Origin: the human T2T-CHM13v2.0 reference genome, Homo sapiens
Direction: 5' to 3' (one strand)
Length of the DNA stretch: 64,000 nt
Assembly (NCBI RefSeq): GCF_009914755.1
Contig: NC_060948.1
Part shown: one piece after another, positions 16,327 through 34,011 of the stretch
Layout of the letters: each line of letters opens with the position of its first letter
How positions within the stretch are numbered: the first letter of the stretch is position 1
The notes under the pieces: model-generated
What the model was told of the DNA's origin: nothing
What the model saw: the letters and a program-made list of their open reading frames with translations, nothing else
Databases searched by the model: none
Translations under genes and position numbers: made by a program

Positions 16327-16679
16327 TTGTTATCATGAAATTGGTTGGGTGATGTGTCTTATTTTCTTGTCTCCAGAAGAATTTCTGTAACAGTGCAATT
16401 AAACGTTCTTTGCATGTTTGCTAGAACTCACCTGTAAAATTGTCTGAGCAACCAAAGCCTGGTTTTTGTGTTCAGTTTTTCTTTTGTGATTGGGGAGGGG
16501 GGTTTATCATACTGATTCAAGGTGTGAAGGTAACATCATTTTGATTTTATACATCTTCTTCAGTCCATTTAAGCATGTTACATAGCGTTGTTTGTTCTTT
16601 TCATGATATTCTTTACAGTAGCCTCCTAAATGTTCCCTCTGCTTCTGCCATGAGCCCCTACAATCTATTTCAATTCAGA

Positions 16680-17270
16680 AGCTATAGAGTTTGTTTAAAA
16701 CATGTAACATATTATGCCACCTTTCTTACTGTAAAACATCCCATGGTTTCTCGTAGTATTTATGGTAAGTGAAATTTTTATGATGGCTTGAGAAACTTTT
16801 CCCATTAGATGCCCAAGTGCTGGTCTGGTCTGATCTTCTCATCTTCCCTTGGGTGATTCTGTGGCAGTCACACTAGCCTCCTTGCTACTGCACAAAAACT
16901 CCAGCATGATCTTACTTCAGGATATTTGCCATTGTTACTGCATCTGCCTGGAACCTTTTCTCCCATATAAACATAGAGATTGCTCTTGCCTGTCCTTCAA
17001 GTCTATTCTTAAATGTCCCATTCTCTGCGAAGCTTTCCTGTCCACACTATTTAAATTACAGACTTCACTCCCAATTCCCCATCTACTTTAAGAGTCCTCA
17101 TTTATCATTCCTTGACAAACTGTAAATATACATGTTCACTTTTTTATCATCTGTCTCCAAATACTGGAATGTTAAGTTCTGTAATGTCAGATATTTCTGT
17201 TTGGTTCACTGGTGTATTCTTAAAGCATGTTACATACTAGGTATACTCAATGAATATTTGTTGAATACAT
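16680..17270 (+). mobile_element. L2 fragment
   Basis: L2 3' features ending CTCAATGAATATTTGTTGAAT. Confidence 0.55.
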
Positions 17271-18086
17271 ATCACATTGGGCTTATTCCAGAAATTCAAG
17301 CTTGTTTCAATAGTTAGAGCAATCTACAAATGTAATTCATTACATTAACTAATTAAAGGAGCTAAATCACATCACCACCACAATAATGCAGAAAAACACA
17401 TTTGATACAACTCAATATTCATGCCTGCCTAACAAACATCTCATGATACTAAGAAAAGAGGAAGGGATATATTATTTTCATGTATAAAACACTAACCATT
17501 GTAGCATGCCAATATATTCAAAATTCAATGAAATTCCTATCAAAATCTTAGCATTCCTCTTAGTCCTCAACAAAGCATTTCTAAAATGTGTATAGAAGAC
17601 CAAAGGGCCAAAAGAGTCAACTTCTGAAGAAGTGGAAAAAGAAAGTTGAGGAAATCTTAAAACATGTTATTGAGCTTAAAGGTGCAAAAATAAATGCATG
17701 TACCATAATTCATGAGTAGAAAAATAGACTAGTGGAATAACATAAAAATAAAAACAATGCTTACATAAAATGTTGTAACTGATTTGGATGTCATTAGAAA
17801 TCAGTAAGTAAATAGATGGACAATGTAATGAAAGATGCTAGGCAAATAATGTGGTAGGGAGAATAATGGCCCTCAGAGATGCCCATGCCTAACCCTGGAA
17901 GCTGTGAATATGTTACACTGAATGCAATAAAGGCTTATCAGATGTGATTAAGGATGCAAACCGAGATGGAGAGATCTTCCTGGGTTATCCAGATGGGCCC
18001 AGTCTAATCACATGAGTTCTTAAAAATGGAGAACCTTTCTTAGCTGAGTCCAGAGAGAGATGTGACAATGAAAGAATGGTCAGAGA

Positions 18087-18991
18087 GGAGGAGGAGCCAA
18101 GATGGCCGAATAGGAACAGCTCCGGTCTACAGCTCCCAGCATGAGCGACACAGAAGACGGGTGATTTCTGCATTTCCATCACAGGTAGCGGGTTCATCTC
18201 ACTAGGGAGTGCCAGAGAGTGGGCGTATGCCAGTGGGTGCACCCACTGTGCGTGAGCTGAAGCAGGGCGAGGCATTGCCTCACTTGGGAAGCACAAGGGG
18301 TCAGGGAGATCCCTTTCCGAGTCAAAGAAAGGGTTGACGGACGCACCTGGAAAATCAGGTCACTCCCACCCAAATATTGCGCTTTTTGGTAAGGCTTAAA
18401 AAACGGCCCACCATGAGATTATATCCCACACCTGGCTGGGAGGGTCCTATGCCCATGAAGTCTCACTGATTGCTAGCACAGCAGTTTGAGATCAAACGGC
18501 AAGTTGGCAGCGAGGCTGGGGGAGGGACGCCCACCATTGTCCAGGCTTGCTTAGGTAAACAAAGCATCCAGGAAGCTCCAACTGGGTGGAGTCCACCACA
18601 GCTCAAGAAGGCCTGCCTGCCTCTGTAGGCTCCACCTCTGGGGGCAGGGCACAGACAAACAAAAAGACAGCAGTAACCTCTGCAGACTTAAACGTCCCTG
18701 TCTGACAGCTTTGAAGAGAGCAGTGGTTCTCCCAGCACGCAGCTGGAGATCTGAGAATGGGCAGACTGCCTCCTCAAGTGGGTCCCTGACCCCTGACCCC
18801 CGAGCAGCCTAACTGGGAGGCACCCCCCAGCAGGGGCACACTGACACCTCACACGGCAGGGTATTCCAACAGACCTGCAGCTGAGGGTCCTGTCTGTTAG
18901 AAGGAAAACTAACAAACAGGAAGGACATCCACACCAAAAACACATCTGTACATCACTATCATCAAAGACCAAAGTAGATAAAACCACAAAG
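18087..18991. promoter_or_regulatory. L1 5'UTR with sense promoter (YY1 site CAAGATGGCC) and antisense promoter region
   Basis: YY1 motif at ~18098-18107; many CpGs decayed. Confidence 0.7.
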
Positions 18992-20007
18992 ATTGGGAAA
19001 AAGCAGAACAGAAAAACTGGAAACTCTAAAACGCAGAGTGCCTCTCCTCCTCCAAAGGAACACAGTTCCTCACCAGCAACAGAATAAAGCTGGATGGAGA
19101 ATGACTTTGACGAGCTGAGAGAAGAAGGCTTCAGACAATCAAATTACTCTGAGCTATGGGAGGACATTCAAACCAAAGGCAAAGAAGTTGAAAACTTTGA
19201 AAAAAATTTAGAAGAATGTATAACTGGAATAACCAATACAGAGAAGTGCTTAAAGGAGCGGATGAAGCTGAAAACCAAGGCTCCAGAACTACGTGAAGAA
19301 TGCAGAAGCCTCAGGAGCTGATGCGATCAACTGGAAGAAAGGGTATCAGCAATGGAAGATGAAATGAATGAAATGAAGTGAGAAGGGAAGTTTAGAGAAA
19401 AAAGAATAAAAAGAAATGAGCAAAGCCTCCAAGAAATATGGAACTATGTGAAAAGATCAAATCTACATCTGATTGGTGTACCTGAAAGTGATGGGGAGAA
19501 TGGAACCAAGTTGGAAAACACTCTGCAGGATATTATCCAGGAGAACTTCCCCAATCTAGCAAGGCAGGCCAACGTTCAGATTCAGGAAATACAGAGAACA
19601 CCACAAAGACACTCCTTGAGAAGAGCAACTCCAAGACACATAATTGTCAGATTCACCAAAGTTGAAATGAAGGAAAAAATGTTAAGGGCAGCCAGAGAGA
19701 AAGGTCAGGTTACCCTCAAAGGGAAGCCCATCAGACTAACAGCAGATCTCTCAGCAGAAACCTTACAAGCCAGAAGAGAGTGGGGGCCAATATTCAACAT
19801 TCTTAAAGAAAGAATTTTCAACCCAGAATTTCATATCCAGCCAAACTAAGCTTCATAAGTGAAGGAGAAATAAAATACTTTACAGACAAGCAAATGCTGA
19901 GAGATTTTGTCACCACCAGGCCTGCCCTAAAAGAGCTCCCGAAGGAAGCGCTAAACATGGAAAGGCAGAACCAGTACCAGCCGCTGCAAAATCATGCCCA
20001 AATATAA
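18992..20007 (+). pseudogene. L1 ORF1p, disrupted
   Basis: Start ATG changed to ATT (18992); TGA stops at 19319 and ~19379; frameshift near 19810; fragments MENDFDELREEGFR... and RPN-like KRSNLHLIGVPESDGENG... Confidence 0.92.
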
Positions 20008-20070
20008 AGACCATCGAGACTAGGAAGAAACTGCATCAACTAACGAGCAAAATCACCAGCTAACATCATA

Positions 20071-23896
<3,826 letters not shown>

Positions 23897-24103
23897 ACAA
23901 TGAGATCACATGGACACAGGAAGGGGAATATCACAGTCTGGGAACGGTGGAGGGGTGGGGGCAGCGGGGAGGGATAGCATTGGGAGATATACCTAATGCT
24001 AGATGACGAGTTAGTGGGTGCAGCGCACCAGCATGGCACATGTATGCATATGTAACTAACCTGCACAATGTGCACATGTACCCTAAAACTTAAAGTATAA
24101 TGA

Positions 24104-24148
<45 letters not shown>

Positions 24149-24559
24149 AAAAGAATGGTCAGAGAAATGTGACATTGCCAGCTTTAAAAAGAGAGAGGAG
24201 AGGCAATGAGAAAGGGAATGCTGATGTTCTCTAGAAGATAGAAAAGGACAGGATATGGATTCTACCCTAGCCGCCATAAAGAAACATGCCTGTCGACAAC
24301 TTGATTTTAGTTCACTAAAATGCATGCCTGATTTCTGACTTGTGTACACTGTAAGATGATAAGTTTGTGTTATTTTAGGTCACTTAGTTTGTAGAAATTT
24401 GTTACAGCAGTAATAGAACAAGTGGTTATCCATATGAGGCAAATTAGATTGGATAACTGTCTCCAATAGAAATCAATTCAAGGTGAATTCCAGGAAAATA
24501 CTTAAAACATTTAGATTAAAAATAAATGAGAATTTTTGTTACTTTTGGTAGGTCATAGA

Positions 24560-25400
24560 ACCAAGAAAAACAAACATTAAGGAGGAAAAATGAACATATG
24601 ACTACATCAAAATATAAAGCTTCTCTATTTGGATGATATCATAAGGTGACAAATCATAAACTGTAATATTTGCAACATATATATGAGTGAATAAATATAC
24701 ATTTAGAATATATATGAACTCCCAAAAATCAACAGGAAAAATAAGACATAGAACAAGCAAAATGCATAAACAAAAGAAGGCAAAACAAAAATTATGACTC
24801 ATAATTATATGAAAAGAAGCTCATCTTCATAGATGAGCAGATAAATGCAAATTAAAACCACCCTGAGATGCTTTTTACATCCATGAGCCTGATAAAAGTT
24901 AGAGTCTAAAAGTAATATTTAACAAAGATGGGAAGTAACAGAAAATCTTGTCCATTACTGGTTAAAGTATAAACTGATACAGCTAATTTATAGAATATTG
25001 CATTATAGAATAAAGTTGTGAGTATGTATACGCAGTGACTCAGCATCTTCATTGCTAATATGTACTCAAGAGAAACTTACAGGAGTGGACTAGGAAGTAA
25101 ATACAAAATGATTACAACATTGTTTGTTATATCAAAAAATAAAAAAGACACCCAATTTACCAGCAAAAAAAAAATAAGTAAAAATAAATCCTGGTGTATT
25201 CTAACAATGGAATAGTATATAGCCATTAAAATAAATCAACTATTACTGTACATATGAATGTAAGTATCAGCAAAACATATTGTTTAGTGAAAAAGTAAGA
25301 AGCTGAAGAAGAATATATACAATATGGTTACATTTATATGAAGTCCAAAAACTTGCAAAATAAAGAAATGTATTTAGAAATAGATTCACATGTGAGAAAA
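24560..25400 (+). mobile_element. Old L1M (L1MC/ME-like) 3' fragments
   Basis: AAATGCAAATTAAAACCAC; ACAATGGAATAGTATATAGCCATTAAAA; probably continuous with L1M-like DNA at 17300-17850. Confidence 0.55.
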
Positions 25401-25889
25401 CTAGAAGAAAATTAATGAAAGGATAAAAGGGATAGCAGTAATTCTGAGTAGTTGAGGGGATTTCAATTGGAAAAAAATAGTATCATATTCTTTAAGTCAG
25501 GTAGTGGGTATTAGCATTTGTTTTACCATCGTTCTTTATTCTTATAGCTACATTATGTATTTTCTATGTATTTAATGTATTTTTTGCATAATTAAATATT
25601 ATGCAATAAAAATGAGAAAACAAAAAAGTAGAAAATGATAAATAACATACAATAAAGAAATGGAGAAAAAATTATAATCTAGTTGAGTAATGGTATATTA
25701 CATAGCTATTTTCTTAAGTAGATGTATGTACATGATGTATGCATGATTGTACATACATGTTCTTAATTATATATAAATATATATGTACATATTTTTAATA
25801 TAAAATACTAAACAAAGTACACCAAAATATTAGCTCCTATGTTAGTGAGATAATGTTTTTTTTTTGTATTTTAAGTTTTACATAGTAGG

Positions 25890-26270
25890 TGTATTTGTCT
25901 GTTTTCATACTGCTATAAAGAACTGCCCAAGACTGGGTAATTTATAAAGGAAAGAAGTTTAATTGGCTCACAGTTCAGTACAGCTTGGGAGGCCTCAGGA
26001 AATCCACAATCATGGCGGAAGACAAAGAGGAAGCAAGGTAGCTTCTTTGCAAGGCAGCATGAAGAAGTGCTGAGCAAAGGGGAAAGAATCCCTTATAAAA
26101 TCATCAAATCTCGTGAGAACTCACTATCACAAGAACAGCACAGGGGAAACTGCCCCCATGATTCAATTACCTCCACCTGGTCTCTCCCTTGACATGTGGG
26201 GATTATGGGGGCTATGGGGATTACAATTCAAGATGAGATTCAGGTGGGGATACAAAGCCTAACCATATCA
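25890..26270 (-). mobile_element. THE1D-like solo LTR (381 bp)
   Basis: TGTATT...AACCATATCA termini; GACTGGGTAATTTATAAAGGAAAGA; 5-bp TSD GTAGG at 25885-25889 and 26271-26275. Confidence 0.9.
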
Positions 26271-27048
26271 GTAGGCAAGTGTTGAATTTTAAACTCAGAG
26301 AAAAATACTAGTGTTTTTATAGGATTCTTACTAAAGAAAAACGAGAAAGTAATAAACCATCTATGCTAAGACATAAAATTCAGTTGTTTAGTTACAAGAT
26401 AGAATGTGGCCTTGTAAGAAAGCAAATTAACTTCTAACATACAAAGCCTTAGAGAAGATTCAAGTGACTGACGGATCTTAAACAGAGCTATTATTACAAC
26501 TCAAACTGCAGTAAAATATCCTAAGCAACATAGATGTGTGTGTTTCCCTAGTCAGAGCAATACAAATTTAATGAAACTCCATTGGTGGTGTTTTTAATCA
26601 GACAATTTCTGAAGATGTCCTGGCTTATTCATAGACGCAAGCCAAATCTCTAGAAGAGTACCATAATAAGAAAAAAAAAAAGAATACAGGCAATTGAGAG
26701 CTGTTCCAAAGTTTAGGGAGTATTTGTAAGGAATTAATAAATAAAAATGTTCTTGAAAGAGAGAAATTAATATGCAGTTCATACTGCCAGAATTGCAGGC
26801 AATTTATCAAAGTCCCCTAATCCTCCAAAATCGCTAATTTTTTCTGACACACACTTTACAGTACAGAAGAAAATGTCTCCGGCAATAAATCACAAAGTTA
26901 AAATTACCTAGTCTACAATTAACTAGACAGTGATGGTAAATCATTTTCTACCAAAAGAAAGAAATGTCTTGTCTATTCAGGTTCTGCTCTACTTAAAAGT
27001 TTTCCTTGTTGGCGAGCAAGTGGTTAGAAAATCATATTTTATACTTAC

Positions 27049-27260
27049 ATTCAGCTTAACTATCATTCAGTTCAAGATGATGACTCAGGGCCTTATCCAT
27101 ACCTTCAAGTTTGCTCTTAGCAAGTAATTGTTTCAGTATCTATATCAAAAATGGCTTAAGCCTGCAACATGTTTCTGAATGATTAACAAGGTGATAGTCA
27201 GTTCTTCATTGAATCCTGGATGCTTTATTTTTCTTAATAAGAGGAATTCATATGGATCAG
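27049..27260 (-). ncRNA. Internal lncRNA-type exon (212 nt; alternative donor gives 27103-27260)
   Basis: Acceptor TTTTTTTCTAG|CTG; donors AAT|GTAAGT and AAG|GTATGG on the minus strand. Confidence 0.65.
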
Positions 27261-27478
27261 CTAGAAAAAAAATTAAGAGGAAAATCACATGGAAAGTTAT
27301 TAAATATTATATATATATTATATATAATATTATATATTATATATCATTTCCAAATTCCCCAGCGTTCATGTTTGTCAGTGCAAGTAAAGAGCCTTAGTGC
27401 TGATTAGGTTTGAGGTATGACCATTTGGCCAGAATTTATGAACTCTACATGTCGCTTGATATGTGCTTCAGGGTACAC

Positions 27479-27785
27479 TTTTTTTTTTTTTTTTTTTTTT
27501 TTTTGAGACGGAGTCTTGTTCTGTCACCCAGGCTGGAGTGCAGCAGTGTGATCTCAGCTCACCGCAAGCTCCGTCTCCCGGGTTCATGCCATTCTCCTGC
27601 CTCAGCCTCCTGAGTAGCTGGGACTACAGGTGCCCACCACTATGCCCTGCTAATTTTTTGTATTTTTAGTACAGACGGGGTTTCACCCTGTTAGCCAGGA
27701 TGGTCTCTATCTCCTGATCTCGTGATCCACCCACCTCAGCCTCCCAAAGTGCTGGAATTACGGGCGTGAGCGACCACGCCCCGCC
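27479..27785 (-). mobile_element. AluY
   Basis: Y-diagnostic CAAGCTCC...GCCATTCTCC and TTAGCCAGGATGG; TSD AGGGTACACTTTT. Confidence 0.93.
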
Positions 27786-27825
27786 AGGGTACACTTTTAA
27801 GCAGAGACACTATTTTGAAGGTCAT

Positions 27826-27970
27826 AAAAAATATAATAAGATATAAGGCTAATTTCCTTTAATAATAATAATAATAAATTCCTTTAATAAAAATACAAAG
27901 GAATAATATAATAATTTTCTTTAATAAAATATAATAAGAGATAAGGCTAATTTCCTTTAATAAAATATAG
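27826..27970. repeat. AT-rich local duplication (~40-bp unit AAAATATAATAAGA-ATAAGGCTAATTTCCTTTAATAA, two full copies plus partials)
   Basis: Copies at ~27826-27866 and ~27926-27966. Confidence 0.75.
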
Positions 27971-29594
27971 TAACTACATACCAACACAGAATTCCAAAAA
28001 AACGAAATGGAGAGGAAGACAGCATGGGTCATTAATCTTGTCAAAAATATAAAATTATATACGAGGAATTCCTAGAAACTGTTTTCCTTGTCTGCGGCCA
28101 TTGTGCTGCTGCTAGACAACTACCGCAAGCAGCCCTTCATGCCCTCCTCCCAGTACAAAGCTAATTGATTTGTGAGAAATGTTAAGCTTGGAAGAGTCAG
28201 CAACGCTGCACTTATTTTTTATTCTACTCTGACATTAGAATAATTCTTGAGTGGGGGAAGGGTTAAAACCCCCCCTGGATAAGTGTTACTAATTAATGAT
28301 GATTGTTTTAAACAATGTTTGGATAATTTTTCCTTTTCCCTTGACATAAACTTGATAAATAACTGAGAAGTGAGAAGGAGATTAGTGGGTTGATTAAATT
28401 CCATCAGGTACTTAAAGTTAGCTCCAAAAATTTAGCTATTTATAAATTGTCATACATTGTTAATGTATAAGAGATGTAGATTTCATTTATCTTTGGTGGA
28501 GCGAGATGAAGCAGTGAATCATTGAAGACTGAAAGAAAGAAAAAGGTCTTTTCCCTTTTCTTTAAGAAGCATCGTTAGTTAAAAATATGTTAGTTGATAC
28601 CAGAGAACTATATTTAAAGGGTCAGCAATAAGCAAATTGATTACTCTGGTGATTATTGGAGTGACATTGCCTTTTAGTTGTACTTTCACAAAAATTCACA
28701 ATATTTGCCAAAGTCAAGTTATCCATTACACTATTAATTTGTCATTCTTTTGTTTATATAGTCAATATCTCTATCTCAATTGGATCTATCTCAACTGCTT
28801 CTAAACAAGCCACCATAGTCTCTCCCATTTCAACAATCTCTTCCAAGTACCATTTCATTTCTTCTTTTCATATTTTTGAAAACTTTTGTAAAACTACCTA
28901 TTTTCCTCCTCCATTTCTTGTTCATTCCATTCTAGTGGACATGGAATCTGTTCCTCCTCCAAAACGGAATTTGGTAACCTTTAAATTACTAAACCCAAAA
29001 CAATATGTTGTTTTTATCTTTACCTCTCTGTGGCATTTAATGATAAGACCACTACTTTCTTCTCTTTTACCCTTCTTTCTTGAATTCAGTCAAACAATGT
29101 ACTTACATTTTTCATCTTATTCTCCATCTTAGAAACCACCTCAGCTTTCTCCATTCAGCCATAAAATTGTGCTTTTCCTCAAAGATTAATCTGCCTCTCC
29201 TTTCACTCTATACTATCTCTGTTAGCTAATTTTATTTGTGCACATTGCTTATACTGGGCATTATATACACATATGCATGTGTGTACATGTGCACACACAC
29301 ACTGTATGTGGACATGTATATATATGTGTGTGTGTATATATATATTATATATATAAATTACAATAACATAAAGGTGGCATTTTAAATTAGTGGAAATTAC
29401 CCTGATTTGATCACTACACATTCTATACATGTAAAGAAATATCACTCTGTATCCCAAGAATATGTACAATTATGGTTTGTCAAGTGAAAAAGTTCATACC
29501 TTGAAAAATTTTAGATAAATATCAAACTTTCTCTGAAACCATAACTGTAAAATGTAAAAAACAGTAATTGCTATATTGCTTATTTCTGAGTAGA

Positions 29595-29732
29595 AGAATA
29601 TGAGACATTTCCCTAATCATTAGGTGTAATTACAATTACATATATATGTATGTTATTTATATATTTATGACATACATACATATATATGTAATTGTAATTA
29701 CACCTAATGATTAGGGAAATGTCTCATATTCT
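29595..29732. repeat. Perfect inverted repeat, 59-bp arms, 20-nt spacer
   Basis: 29595-29653 is the exact reverse complement of 29674-29732 (checked base by base). Confidence 0.95.
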
Positions 29733-29929
29733 ATATATATAGACAGAAAGAGAGAAAATACATGAGGTAGAGAAAGAATATTTCCATCTCCTTTGAGTTC
29801 CACGGTGTTGAGAGTCAGGACAACTACAATTGCTTCATCATGCCTGCTCGCAATTATAGGGCTTTTGAACCATTTGTTCCCTCCTTAGATATCCTCATTT
29901 TTTTCAGATTCTTGCTTAGAAGTCACTCC

Positions 29930-30085
29930 TCCGTGGACCTCCTCTGACATATTAAACATTGCAGTCCATTATAAGCTGCAAGAGGACAGGGATTTTTGCC
30001 TGTTTTATTCCCTACTGTATCACCAGGGGCTACAGCAATATCTGACAAACAGTGGGCATGTAATGAATATTTGTTAAGTGAAGTA
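29930..30085 (+). mobile_element. L2 3' end
   Basis: AAGCTGCAAGAGGACAGGGATTTTTGCCTGTTTTATTC...AATGAATATTTGTT. Confidence 0.6.
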
Positions 30086-30806
30086 ATAAATTCAATCAAA
30101 TCACATCACCTGTTTAAAGCACTTCATTGGCTTCACATTGCACTTAGAATAAAGAGAAATTCTTTTTATACAATATAAGTTCCTGCAGAATGGAGACACT
30201 TTCTACTTCTCCAGCCTCTTTTCAACTCCTCTCCTACTAGCTTCTGTATTTAAGCCACATTAGACCTTTCTTCAGTTTTTTATATAGACTTTGTTGCATC
30301 ACACCTCAGAGATTCTGTACATGTTCTTCCTCCTGCCTAGAAAGGATCGTCCCTCCACTTTCGCCAACTAATCCCTGCTCAACTTTTCATCTCAGCAGGA
30401 GGCCCATTCTCTTTGGCAATACTCTGGCCTCCAGCCCATTTATTACATGCTCACATGTCATCATGTACTTCGTACAGCATGTAACACAATTGCACTTTTA
30501 TATTTTAACAAATTATTTTCCCATATTGAACTGTAAGTCTCCTGAAAGGAGGAATTTTGTTCTTGCTCATCATCAACTTTTTCAACATCCAGTGCACCAT
30601 TTAGAACTTAGATGTAGTCAATACAGGTTTGTGGAATGAAAGAGGAAAAGAAAGAATTAATATTCCTTTAAATTAGGATTGCAAAGATCGTATATAGAAA
30701 ATTGGCTAAGTTGTGGTCCATTCATGTTTGCTCCCAATTAAGGAGCACAGCTATGAAAAGGAAGGCTTCAAATTAATAACCAATAGATTTTTTAAAAAAG
30801 AAAACT

Positions 30807-31102
30807 GGCCAGGTACTGTGGCTTATGTCTGTAATATCAGCATGTTGGGAGGCCAAGGCAGGATTACTTGAGCCCAGAAATTCCAGACCAGCCTGAGAAT
30901 TTGGCAAAACTCTGTCTCTACAAAAAATACAAAAATTAGCCAAATTTGGTGGCATGTGCCTGTAGTACCAGCTACTTGGGAGGCTAGGTTGAAGAATAGC
31001 TTGAGTCTGGGAGGTCAAGGCTGCAATGAGCTGTGATCGCACCACTGCACTCAAGCCTGGGTGGTAGAGTAAGACCCTGTCTCAAAAAAAAAAAAAAAAA
31101 AA
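30807..31102 (+). mobile_element. AluJ
   Basis: GAGGTCAAGGCTGCAATGAGCTGTGATCG; poly(A). Confidence 0.9.
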
Positions 31103-32499
31103 GAAAAATTACTAAGCAAAATAAGACATGTGAAGGATCATGTCAAAGGTAAGAAAAATTAGGGGAACATTAAAAGCTTTCTTCCCAAGCCACTAAATCA
31201 ACTTGACTAACAAAATTACCACTTGATTTAGCATTAGAAAATTACATTACATATCAAACATAAACCCATTAATCAAATACTAAAGAAATTTCTGAGTTAA
31301 ATGGTATAATGTTAGCTTATGCCGGAGCTGACCTTGAAAGATTGTTCAAATATGGCTCAGTGTGATTGAAAGTTCTGTGTGAATATGTTTTTGGAAAGAT
31401 CCAATAGCAACATCTTAGTGTATGTTTTTGAAATAAAATGTATCTGAGTAGCAGCAAAGTTATTCTTAAATTTCCATTTTATAGCTGGAGATGTTATACC
31501 GTGACATATATGATAGGACCCAATATGGATTAATCCCTTTTAGAAGTCAATCAGGAAGAGAGGAGCAGTTAAAACAGTTGCTTCATTTACAAACATTAGA
31601 ACAATTTTCTTATTCACACCATCTGATTATTGTATTTTATTTTTTCCCCAATGTTTATACTACACAATGAGTTAAGAATGATAAAAATAAGCTCACCAAT
31701 ATACTAGGTACATATTTACCAAAATCTGTGCATGCCTATACATATAAACACAGCTGATAATTTATTAGTTAGGCTCATTTGTAATTTTTGTCACTATAGA
31801 CCAGTTTTTTATTTAAATTGAAGATTAGTATACATTTTAAATGATTAGTCAAAATAAAAAATCTAAAATGTGCTCTAAATACTTCTTAGGTCAGAAAAAA
31901 AAAAGTCAAAAGCTAGAATATAGAGAAATTAAGAAATGCCCTAAATTTCTAACCTGACAAAAATTCATACAAGAGTTAAATATTTTAATGGAAAATAGAA
32001 CAGAACTAATCATGGAAGAAATTATAGAAAGGAAACAAAATAAACAGATTATATGGAGGATTTTTAGAAGATAAGTAAATAAATTAATATACTAGGAAAA
32101 AACAAGGGAAATATAATTGATAAATACAGGTAAGAGTTCTTTTGAAATAATGATAAAATAGAAAATCTCTGTCAAAACTAAAAGGAAGATGCATAAATAT
32201 ATAAATAAATGATAAAAAGATGTTGCATACATATATGACTTTTTCAGAATCAAAAAAATTAAATTTCTGTAATAAAATTTAAATGTTTATAAATTTAAAA
32301 AACTAGAAGAAAGAATGTTGACTGTTCACAATACAAATAAATGACAAATATTTGAGGTGATGGATATGCTAATTATCCTTATTTGATCATTGGACATTGT
32401 ATACATGTATCAAAATATCACTCTGTATCCCATGAATATGTACAATTATTTGTCTCAAAAACAAACAAAAAAAAAGATAATGGGAGAATGTTGAAAACT

Positions 32500-33230
32500 C
32501 AGAGAGAAGAGCAACTGTCACAGATAGGGATCCAGATAACATTAGCAGCTGATTTCTCAGCAGAAACCTTGAAGGCCAGTAGGCAGTGGATTATATATTT
32601 AAAATAATGAAGAAACCTGTCAATTGAGAAATCTATAGCTGGAAAACTTATCCTTCAAAAATGAAGGAGAAATTAAGACATTTCCGGATTTTTTTTTTAA
32701 ACTGAAAAAAATCCATTTATCCCTGAATTTGCCATTCAAGAAGTGTTAAGTCCTTCAGGTTGAAATAAATGAACTCTAGGCAATAACTATATAAGTAAAT
32801 AAGCAAGCTGTGTGAATATACAAAGCTCTCTGGTAAAGGTAAATACATAAACAAACATAAAAACAGTCCTATTGTTATTTTGGTTTGCAACTCTGCTTTT
32901 TATTTTCTACATAATTTAAAAGGCAAATGCATAAAATGTAATTGTAAATCTGTTAGCTGGTATACAATGAATAAAGATATAATTTGTTACATCAATAACA
33001 TAAAAAGAGTAGAGCTATATATATAGCAGTCGAATTTTGGAATGCGATTGAACTTAAGTTGAAATAAATTCAAATTAAAATGTTATAACTCTAGGATGTA
33101 ATTCTCATAGTAACCAAAAATGAAATATACATAGAATATAAACAAAAGGAAATGAGACTAGAAACAAAATGTGTCACTACAAAAAAATCAACTAAAGATA
33201 AAAAAGAAATAATTGAGAAAATGATTGGCA
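32500..33230 (+). mobile_element. Old L1M ORF1 3' fragment
   Basis: Translates ITLAADFSAETLKASRQW, an L1 ORF1p motif; CCTTCAAAAATGAAGGAGAAAT. Confidence 0.7.
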
Positions 33231-34011
33231 AAAATCAGTAACTCTGATGTATTAAAACTTTCCATGCTACATAAAACTGAAAACTCTATTTCACATAAAA
33301 CTGGAGCTGAAAGAGACAAATATTTACCTATAAAGTTAAAAGTTATATAGGGAACAAACACTAATTTTTTTTAGAAAAAATTATAAAAAGAGTAAAAATA
33401 TGCCTTATACTACCATAATTTCATGTTTTACAGCTCTGGGAAAATAGAAAATAAAATGTTCTGTTAGCATGAATCCCTCTGTGACCCCAAAAAACCCTAT
33501 GGATTGCATCATTATTACCTAAAAAGTCTATTCTCAAATGCAGCAGAGTGATTTTTTTACAAGGTAGATATTAATTTTAGATATGGAATAATATTGGTGA
33601 TTTCAATTTTATAACACTGGGTTAAGATGAAAGAATGAGAAGTTAAAGGTCCCTCAGCAATATAACCCACAAACATGTTCAGAAGCAGTAAGAAGTTACA
33701 TTAATTATCTTTTGAAAGTCGATAATCTACATCTTTAATGTATGCATATAGCATAGCTAATGTACTATCACTGGGTCCATTTATTCAATGAATAATTGCT
33801 GCTATGTGTCAGACATTTTTCTAGGCCTAGGAATGGATACATAAGTGAACAAAGCAAAGATTCTGGTTCTTGTAGAGTTTCCATTAAAAGACCATTTAGT
33901 AAAACTTTTCTTCCCCCAAATTATAAAATCTGTAAGATGATTTAACAACATGTGTAAAAGTCATTGTGGGCCAGGCACGGTGGCTCATACCAGATGTGGT
34001 GACTCATAGCA

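Noticed and set aside
25722-25758. 11-bp inverted repeat ATGTATGTACA/TGTACATACAT
   Set aside because: Lies in low-complexity alternating purine-pyrimidine DNA where such symmetry is common.
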